Source: Octopus sinensis | Lineage: Eukaryota | Reading direction: 5' to 3' | Length of the DNA stretch: 7,137 nucleotides | Assembly: GCF_006345805.1 (NCBI RefSeq) | Contig: NW_021829110.1 | Coordinates: forward strand, 1 to 7,137 | In this document: positions 1 to 5,999 of the stretch, in pieces | Numbering within the stretch: the stretch's first letter is position 1 | How the letters are laid out: every line of letters starts with the position of its first letter | The notes under the pieces: model-generated | What the model was told of the DNA's origin: nothing | The model's input: the letters and a program-made list of their open reading frames with translations, nothing else | Databases searched by the model: none | Made by a program: the position numbers and the translations under genes

Positions 1-407
1 TACAATCAATCTAGCAATTGAGTGACTTACATACTCGTTTTGGAAACACGAAGTCCGGTGTTCGAACCCATATGCAAATGTTTTTCACGAAACAGTCTCG
101 AGACGACTCAAACTTTTGAGTGAAATTGGTTTGATGGAAACTGCTGGAATCGCTTGGGATAGACCGTAACTGAATACTTATGGCTCCCTGCACCATTAGA
201 ATCTATATATATGGGGGTCCATGTTAGTATCTAAGGGGCCCATCCCCTCAAGTTTGAGAATCTTTTTATTCACTCCTGGAAGAATGCATTATTTCAGCCT
301 GACTGTGTTTGTAGACAGTTGAAAAGAATACTTTAAAAAAATTAAATAATAGCATTGTAGTTTCGGATGGGCCCCCTTGTAGTTGCCGATAGGGCCCCTT
401 AGTCACC

Positions 408-634
408 TATTTCTTTACAACCCACAAGGGGCTAAACACAGAGAGGACAAATAAGGTCAGACAAACGGATTAAGTCGATTATATCGACCCCAGTGCGTAA
501 CTGGTACTTATTTAATCGACCCCGAAAGGATGAAAGGCAAAGTCGACCTCGGCGGAATTTGAACTCAGAACGTAACCGCAGACGAAATACCGCTAAGCAT
601 TTCGCCCGGCGGGCTAACGTTTCTGCCAGCTCGC
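408..634 (-). mobile_element. tRNA-derived SINE, family A, copy A1 (tail type 1)
   Basis: Reverse complement aligns without gaps to 2399-2630 (about 17 mismatches in ~227 bp by manual count). Pol III A-box-like TGGCAGAAACGTTAG (614-628, minus) and B-box-like GAGTTCAAATT (556-566, minus). Core shared with five other copies in the window. Confidence 0.92.
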
Positions 635-940
635 AAGCAATATTTTTAAGACCTAGTCCGCCACTGACACCATCAGCTCCAAACAATCCAACAAGCCGGT
701 TAATCGGTGCATTATTTCAGGTGTAGGCAATCGTTTCTATCTACTATTTCTTATTGGTAATTCTTCGAGTATGTAATCGAACGAGCATCTATTCAAAAAC
801 CCACACTGATTGTTATAATTACGAACAATGTCGTCAAACGATTATCACTAAAATCAGTGGGAGCCAAACGTCTTGCCTAAAATTATTCATCAACTGTTAT
901 TGTAATCGAAAAGCCATATGTGGTGTGGTGTACGTACACA

Positions 941-1370
941 TCTCTTTTCTTTTATCTCATTTACTTGTTTCAGTCATATGACGGCCGCCATGCTGGAGCA
1001 CCGCTTTTAGTCGAGCAAATCGACCCCAGGAGTTATTCTTTACAAGCCTAGTACTTATTCTATCGGTCTCTATTGCCGAACTGCTATGTTTCGGGGACGT
1101 AAACACACCACCATCGGTTGCCAAGCAATGTTTGGGGGGGGGGACAAACACAGACATACAAACATATACCCACACATACATACATATATATACATATATA
1201 TATACACGACGGGTTTCTTTCAGTTTCCGCCTACCAAATCCACTCACAAGGCTTTGGTCGGCCCGAGGCTATAGTAGAAGACACTTGCCCAAGGTGCCAC
1301 GCAGTGGGGAGGAACCCGGAACCATGTGGTTGGTAAGCAAGCTACTTACCACACAGCCACTCCTGCGCCT
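941..1370 (-). mobile_element. Composite tRNA-derived SINE, family BC, copy 1 (head/core 1205-1370, internal CA/TA microsatellite ~1150-1204, tail 941-1150)
   Basis: Head AGGCGCAGGAGTGGCTGTGTGGTAAG with A-box-like TGGCTGTGTGG (1349-1359, minus) and a degenerate B box GGGTTCCTCCCC. Head/core matches 3971-4134 and 6667-6821. Tail matches 2663-2870, 3582-3790 and 6850-7050 in the same order and orientation. Confidence 0.9.
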
Positions 1371-1381
1371 ATATGTAAATG

Positions 1382-1384
<3 letters not shown>

Positions 1385-1420
<36 letters not shown>
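1385..1420. repeat. (TA)n microsatellite
   Basis: Direct reading. It abuts the head of the BC copy 1 SINE. Confidence 0.97.
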
Positions 1421-1512
1421 ATAAATACTAAAACATTTATATATGCATTACAGAATAATTTTATATACATAACACACACATATATATAAATGTAAGTATA
1501 TAGAACGCGCAA

Positions 1513-1515
<3 letters not shown>

Positions 1516-1584
<69 letters not shown>

Positions 1585-1589
1585 GTGTG
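1516..1589. repeat. (TG)n microsatellite, ~37 units with two interruptions
   Basis: Direct reading. Confidence 0.98.
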
Positions 1590-1701
1590 GTTGTGTCTGC
1601 TGTGTGTGCGTTTCCCAACGCATGTGAAAGTTCCTTAAATGTCAATCACGAATTTTAAGCTTTTTAAAAAAAATTTTTGGTATCTACATACATATACACT
1701 C

Positions 1702-1741
<40 letters not shown>
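1702..1741. repeat. compound (TA)n(TG)n microsatellite
   Basis: Direct reading. Confidence 0.97.
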
Positions 1742-1907
1742 ATTACAACCAAACAGAAAGGAGATCAACAAAAATGACCAACAAAGAATAAAGGAAAAGG
1801 AAGCCCCTCCCCTACAAAACCCCATAACAGTAAATAAAACCCCAAAAACTGCCAACAAACATGATTATGTGTATGTTTGTGTATGTATGAGCGTATGTGA
1901 GGGTGAA

Positions 1908-1927
1908 AGAGAAGGAGAGAGAGAGAG
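1908..1927. repeat. short (GA)n tract
   Basis: Direct reading: AGAGAAGGAGAGAGAGAGAG. Confidence 0.8.
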
Positions 1928-2009
1928 GCCTTATTTGGTGTAATATAATGATCACCAACATATGCAGAAAAGAAAACAGCAAATTTTAGATGGAAAGGGG
2001 CTATGTTAA

Positions 2010-2190
2010 TTATCTCCAACCCCGGTACTTGACTGTTATTTATTTTATCGACCCCTAGATAGGGGGATGAAAGACAAAATTGACCCCGGCGTGGTTTGAA
2101 CTTAAAGCGAAAAAGCGACGTGAAACTAAATATCAGAGCGTAATTTTGTACATTCCGGGCGCTTTAGAGCTTATGCTAATCCATCACCCC
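2010..2190 (-). mobile_element. Old, diverged family-A-related SINE (A6)
   Basis: 2019-2110 (ACCCCGGTACTTGAC...TTTATCGACCCC...GATGAAAGACAAAATTGACCCCGGCG) aligns to the family A core at 486-570. B-box-like GTTCAAACC at 2093-2101 (minus). Ends are uncertain. Confidence 0.75.
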
Positions 2191-2202
2191 TTATCTGTGG
2201 TA

Positions 2203-2227
2203 ATATATATATATATATATATATATA
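2203..2227. repeat. (TA)n microsatellite
   Basis: Direct reading. Confidence 0.97.
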
Positions 2228-2379
2228 ATGTTTGCTAACATTAGCCCGAGGCCACGATGTTATGGGCGAGGAAGAGGCGGTGGTTTTATGGTGGTGAAGT
2301 CACTCTGCTCTCCTTACCAGATTAGCTATTCGGAACTATACGTGCTTGGTTACCGTCGTCGTATGTGTGCTTGTATAAG

Positions 2380-2648
2380 TACACACATTTACACACACAG
2401 GCAGCGAGCTGGCAGAAACGTTAGCATGCCGAGCGAAATACGTAGCCGTATTTCGTCTGCCGCTACGTTCCGAGTTCAAATTCCGCCGAGGTCGACTTTG
2501 CCTTTCATCCTTTCAGGATGGATTAAATAAGTACCAGTTACGCACTGGGGTCGATATAATCTACTTAATCCGTTTGTCTGTCCTTGTTTGTTCTCTCTGT
2601 GTTTAGCCCCTTGTGGGTAGTAAAGAAATATACACACGTTTACACACA
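2380..2648 (+). repeat. 18-bp direct repeat (1 mismatch) flanking SINE A2, probable target-site duplication (2380-2397 / 2631-2648)
   Basis: TACACACATTTACACACA versus TACACACGTTTACACACA, lying directly against both element ends. Low-complexity sequence reduces certainty. Confidence 0.65.
2399..2630 (+). mobile_element. tRNA-derived SINE, family A, copy A2 (tail type 1), apparently full length with target-site duplication
   Basis: A box TGGCAGAAACGTTAG 2410-2424 and B box GAGTTCAAATTC 2472-2483. About 92% identical to A1. Flanked by TACACAC[A/G]TTTACACACA at 2380-2397 and 2631-2648. Confidence 0.93.
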
Positions 2649-2662
2649 GACATGTGTATATG

Positions 2663-2897
2663 CTCTCCTTACTCTTTTACTTGTTTCAGTCATTTGACTG
2701 CGGCCATGCTGGAGCACCGCCTTTAGTCGAGCAAATCGACCCCAGGACTTATTCTTTGTAAGCCTAGTACTTATTCTATCCGTCTCTTTTACCGAACCGC
2801 TAAGTTACGGGGATGAAAACACACCAGCATCGGTTGTCAAGCGATGTTGGGGGACAAACACAGACACAGACACACACACATATATATATATATATAT
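2663..2897 (-). mobile_element. Family BC SINE, tail-only (5'-truncated) copy ending in the internal CA/TA microsatellite
   Basis: 2663-2870 is a close direct repeat of 3582-3790 and 941-1160. No head/core follows the (CA)(TA) tract at 2865-2897. Confidence 0.9.
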
Positions 2898-3026
2898 TAA
2901 AATACAAAATGGGACAAGAACGCAAAACATCCAGATAGACGATACAAAGAAAACAAGGACGGCTCATTCGAAGTTTTATTTCTTCAGTCAAGCACCAGAT
3001 TATCCTCACAATTTCGGCTGATTATT

Positions 3027-3050
3027 TATATATATATGTGTGTGTGTGTG
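3027..3050. repeat. compound (TA)n(TG)n microsatellite
   Basis: Direct reading. Confidence 0.93.
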
Positions 3051-3060
3051 CATGTATTAG

Positions 3061-3262
3061 TTTCAGATTTTGGCACAAAGCCAGCAACTTCGAGAGGAAT
3101 CTGTGTAAGTCGATTACATCGACACCAGGGTTCTACTGGTGCTAATTTTGCTGACCCTAAAAGGGTAAAACGCAAAGTCGACCTTGGCAGAATTTGAACG
3201 AAGAACATAGAAAGACGGACGAAATGCCGTTAAGTATTTTGCTAACGATTCTGACAGCTTGC
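3061..3262 (-). mobile_element. Diverged family A SINE, copy A3 (tail type 3)
   Basis: Core GTCGATTACATCGAC...CAAAGTCGACCTTGGCAGAATTTGAAC...GACGAAATGCCG...GCTAACGATTCTGACAGCT aligns to A1 474-632 with many substitutions and a short head deletion. The 3' tail differs from A1/A2. Confidence 0.85.
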
Positions 3263-3267
3263 TTCTT

Positions 3268-3298
3268 TACATACATACATACATTACATATATATATA
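3268..3298. repeat. (CATA)n(TA)n microsatellite
   Basis: Direct reading. It separates the heads of A3 and D. Confidence 0.9.
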
Positions 3299-3570
3299 TG
3301 GAGGGCAGCGGACTCGCGGTCGTAGGATCGCGGTTTCGATACCCAGAGCCCGGGTGTTGTGAGTGTTTATTGAGCGAAAACAACTATAGCTCCACGAGGC
3401 CCCGGCAGGGGGTGGTGGCGATCCCTGCTGTACTCTTTCGCCACAACTTTCTTCTGTTTGTCCACTCGCTTAGCCAGCGGGATGGCGTCATTTGAAGGCT
3501 AAAACAATGCGAAGCGCATTGTGACCAGCGATGTGTAGCAACATCTGATAGCCTGGTCGATCACGGTGAT
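3299..3570 (+). mobile_element. Probable tRNA-derived SINE of a third family (D)
   Basis: GC-rich ~270 bp island bounded by (TA)n on both sides. B-box-like GGTTTCGATACC at 3332-3343, anticodon-arm-like GCGGACTCGCGGTCG, and a 3' stem-loop at 3521-3564. No clear A box is visible. It is single-copy here, so the SINE call rests partly on my recollection of similar octopus repeats. Confidence 0.7.
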
Positions 3571-3581
3571 ATATATGTATA

Positions 3582-3779
3582 CTCTTTACTCTTTTACTTG
3601 TTTCAGTCATTTGACTGCGGCCATGCTGGAGCACCGCCTTTAGTCGATCAAATCGACCCCGGAACTTATTCTTTGTAAGCCCAGTACCATTCTATCGGTC
3701 TCTTTTGCCGAACCGCTAAGTGGCGGGGACGTAGACACACCAGCATCGGTTGTCAAGCAATGCTAGGGGACAAACACAG

Positions 3780-3848
<69 letters not shown>

Positions 3849-3919
3849 ATATATAGATAGTATATATATATAATATATTATAATATATATATATATTGTA
3901 TATATAATATATGTATATA

Positions 3920-3963
<44 letters not shown>

Positions 3964-4134
3964 CATATATACGACAGGCTTCTTTCAGTTTCCGTCTACA
4001 AATCCACTCACAAGGCATTGGTCGGCCCGGGGCTATAGCAGAAGACACTTGCCGAAGATACCACACAGTGGGACTGAACCCGCAACCATGTGGTTGGTTA
4101 GCAAGCTACTTACCACACAGGCACTCCTGCGCCT
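3582..4134 (-). mobile_element. Composite SINE, family BC, copy 3 (head/core 3971-4134, expanded internal microsatellite 3779-3970, tail 3582-3780)
   Basis: Head/core matches 1205-1370, with B-box-like GGGTTCAGTCCC. Tail matches 941-1150 and 2663-2870. Same module order as copy 1. Confidence 0.9.
3779..3970. repeat. Long compound (CA)n + imperfect (TA)n microsatellite (~190 bp) inside the BC SINE
   Basis: Direct reading. Confidence 0.97.
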
Positions 4135-4162
4135 ATATATATATATATAGATATATTATATA
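4135..4162. repeat. imperfect (TA)n microsatellite
   Basis: Direct reading. It abuts the head of BC copy 3. Confidence 0.9.
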
Positions 4163-4529
4163 TCCGAAGCAGTACTGAGAGTGTATACTCTAGAACAGGC
4201 GTAGCCTGGAGAGAGGGTGGAATAAGAACAAGCAAAAATATTGTCCGTTGGCGATGAGTGAACAAAGAAAAGCCACCATCTTACAAAGATTATTCTTACA
4301 ACAAGCCTGATCTATAATAATTATCGATAGAAAAAAATATGAAAATGATATTATTTTAAAAGATTCTTTGTAATAAAAAGATCTAACGCACCACAAATAT
4401 ATCACTAGGTAAATATATTTATAAGTATATAAAAACCTAACAATATACAAATAGTGTTACAATGAAGAGTTTAGGTGAGGCAATGATGTGTAAAACAAAA
4501 ATTGATAGACATCATGAACCGCGTATTTT

Positions 4530-4888
4530 TTCTTTGTTTTTTTTTTACACATTTATTTATTTATTTATTTATTCGTTTACTTTCATTTGTTAGTCTCGGA
4601 AGGAGAAGCAGTGTCGATGTCTTTCGCATCCCTTCTAGACCGGTGTAAGATTAATGCTGCGAGTTTTCCTTTTAGACTGTGTGGCATATTGGCGAGTGGG
4701 AGAAAGGACATCGATAGGGAATGAATGCAAGAGGGACGATGTTCAAGGAAGGAAGATCTAACTGGTCGTAACGGCCGAGCCTTGATGAGCTTGGACATAA
4801 AATGGGCGAAAAGTTGAGGTAATTGAATTGCCGAGTACATCAGTGGACGTTTTGTATCAAAGCAGATTCGAAAGAGAGAAGTAATTTA
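4530..4888 (-). other. Candidate minus-strand exon (possibly terminal or non-coding)
   Basis: Strong polypyrimidine tract plus CAG on the minus strand (CTCTTCTCTCTACTTTTTTTTCCTTCTACCGTTACAG ending at 4889), non-repetitive sequence including the 85-codon ORF 4583-4840, then AATAAA repeats. No recognisable protein similarity. Confidence 0.25.
4551..4573. repeat. (TTTA)n tract; reads as overlapping AATAAA hexamers on the minus strand
   Basis: Direct reading. Confidence 0.9.
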
Positions 4889-4929
4889 CTGTAACGGTAG
4901 AAGGAAAAAAAAGTAGAGAGAAGAGACAA

Positions 4930-5489
4930 TATATCTGTTTGTGGCCAGAATATCTGTTTGTGGCCAGGATCTCCGTTTGTGACCAAGATGTCTGTGTGTG
5001 GTTGGATGTCTGTGTGTGGCCAGGATGTCTGTTTGTGACCAGGATGTCTGTGTGTGACCAAGATGTCTGTGTGTGGCCAGGATGTCTGTTTGTGACCAAG
5101 ATGTCTGTTTGTGACCAAGATGTCTGTTTGTGACCAGGATGTCTGTTTGTGACCAAGATGTCTGTTTGTGACCAGGATGTCTGTTTGTGACCAGGATGTC
5201 TGTGTAACCAGGATGTCTGTGTAACCAGGATGTCTGTGTGTGACCAAGATGTCTATGTGTGGCCAGGATGTCTGTTTGTGGCCAGGGTGTCTGTTTGTGG
5301 CCAGGATGTCTGTTTGTGGCCAGGGTGTCTGTTTGTGGCCAGGGTGTCTGTTTGTGGCCAGGGTGTCTGTTTGTGACCAGGGTGTCTGTTTGTGGCCAGG
5401 ATGTCTGTGTGTGACCAAGATGTCTGTGTGTGGCCAGGATGTCTGTTTGTGGCCAGGATGTCTGTTTGCGCCAAGATGTCTGCCTGAAT
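4930..5489. repeat. Minisatellite (VNTR), 19-bp consensus GATGTCTGT(T/G)TGTG(A/G)CCA(G/A), ~29 units plus degenerate ends
   Basis: Units parsed by hand start at 4930, 4949, 4968, 4987 (18 bp), 5005 ... 5195 and 5212 (17 bp each) ... 5457 (18 bp). Units are contiguous with no spacers. Confidence 0.97.
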
Positions 5490-5619
5490 GTCAGTATGTC
5501 TGTTTAGCTTCAGATATACAAAATTCGTTTCCCGAAAGCACTCGTTCCACCTGCTCTTACGATGCCCTTGTGAAAAGGGGGCGGTATTTGAGGGGTTTTA
5601 TCTGCTATATTTTAAACAG

Positions 5620-5735
5620 GTAGTGCTACCATGTAAAGATTCTGTTCCTTCATCGGTTAAAAACATTCTAGAGCTGAAAGCTGCTGCAGGTGCCTCGTTG
5701 ACCATTGAAACATTGCCCAATGTCCAGCTGCATAG
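5620..5735 (+). other. Weak candidate internal exon (116 bp)
   Basis: TTTTATCTGCTATATTTTAAACAG|G acceptor at 5619/5620 and ATAG|GTACAG donor at 5735/5736. Open frame VVLPCKDSVPSSVKNILELKAAAGASLTIETLPNVQLHR, no homology recognised. A competing minus-strand acceptor lies at 5728-5730. Confidence 0.2.
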
Positions 5736-5774
5736 GTACAGAAAAAAAATATATATGAAATAAACGAATAGTAG

Positions 5775-5987
5775 TTCTTTTTTTCCTACTCTAGGAACAA
5801 GGCCCGAAAATTTGTGGGGAGGGGACCAGTCGATTAGATCGACTCCAGTACGCAACTGGTACTTAATGCATCGACCCAACAAGGATGAAAGGATAAGTCG
5901 ACCTCGGTGGAATTTGAACTCTGAATGTACCGACAGATGAAATACCAGTAAGCATTTCGCCCAGAGTGATAACGTTTCTGCCAGCTT
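5775..5987 (-). mobile_element. Family A SINE, copy A4 (tail type 2)
   Basis: Head/core aligns to A1 474-632. Tail CTAGGAACAAGGCCCGAAAATTTGTGGGGAGGGGACCA (plus strand) is shared with A5 but not with A1/A2. Confidence 0.9.
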
Positions 5988-5999
5988 GGTTAGATATAA

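Noticed and set aside
26-169. Plus-strand open frame LTYSFWKHEVRCSNPYANVFHETVSRRLKLLSEIGLMETAGIAWDRP, vaguely like a Tc1/mariner helix-turn-helix; minus-strand GTATGTAAGT donor-like motif at 25-34
   Set aside because: The resemblance is limited to a few residues, there is no start or matching acceptor, and the window edge prevents assessment.
285-720. 13-bp direct repeat TGCATTATTTCAG at 285-297 and 708-720 as a TSD or duplicated acceptor
   Set aside because: It does not abut any element boundary, and one AT-rich 13-mer match in a 7-kb window is plausible by chance.
2399-2490. SINE heads as genuine tRNA genes
   Set aside because: They have A/B boxes but no complete cloverleaf, acceptor stem or nearby oligo-T terminator, and they continue into repeat cores present in many diverged copies.
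2950-3020. CUGAAGA and CCGAAAU...AUA motifs on the minus strand (Penelope-type minimal hammerhead)
   Set aside because: The boxes are in the wrong order or lack partners, and no helix II forms. A microsatellite replaces the upstream sequence that would be needed.
4594-4818. Plus-strand exon between the TTTGTTAG acceptor (4593) and AG|GTAATT donor (4819), 225 bp
   Set aside because: All three frames contain stop codons. The shorter 51-bp version (4594-4644) is open but has a weak donor context and no recognisable product.
4760-4820. Hammerhead-ribozyme-like TTGATGAG...CGAAA
   Set aside because: The first box is UUGAUGA rather than CUGANGA, helix II is mostly G-U pairs, and I could not form helices I and III around a cleavage triplet.
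4838-4842. TGATG stop/start overlap between ORFs 4840-5418 and 4583-4840, suggesting translational coupling
   Set aside because: The upstream ORF is a minisatellite artefact, so the overlap has no support beyond chance.
4840-5418. 192-aa ORF (and overlapping 64-127 aa ORFs) with 19-aa periodicity
   Set aside because: A 19-bp unit lacking stop codons yields 19-aa repeats in several frames on both strands automatically. The 17- and 18-bp units shift frames freely, which argues against coding constraint.
4930-5489. CRISPR-like array
   Set aside because: Units are contiguous with no unique spacers, there are no cas genes, and the context is eukaryotic. It is an ordinary tandem minisatellite.
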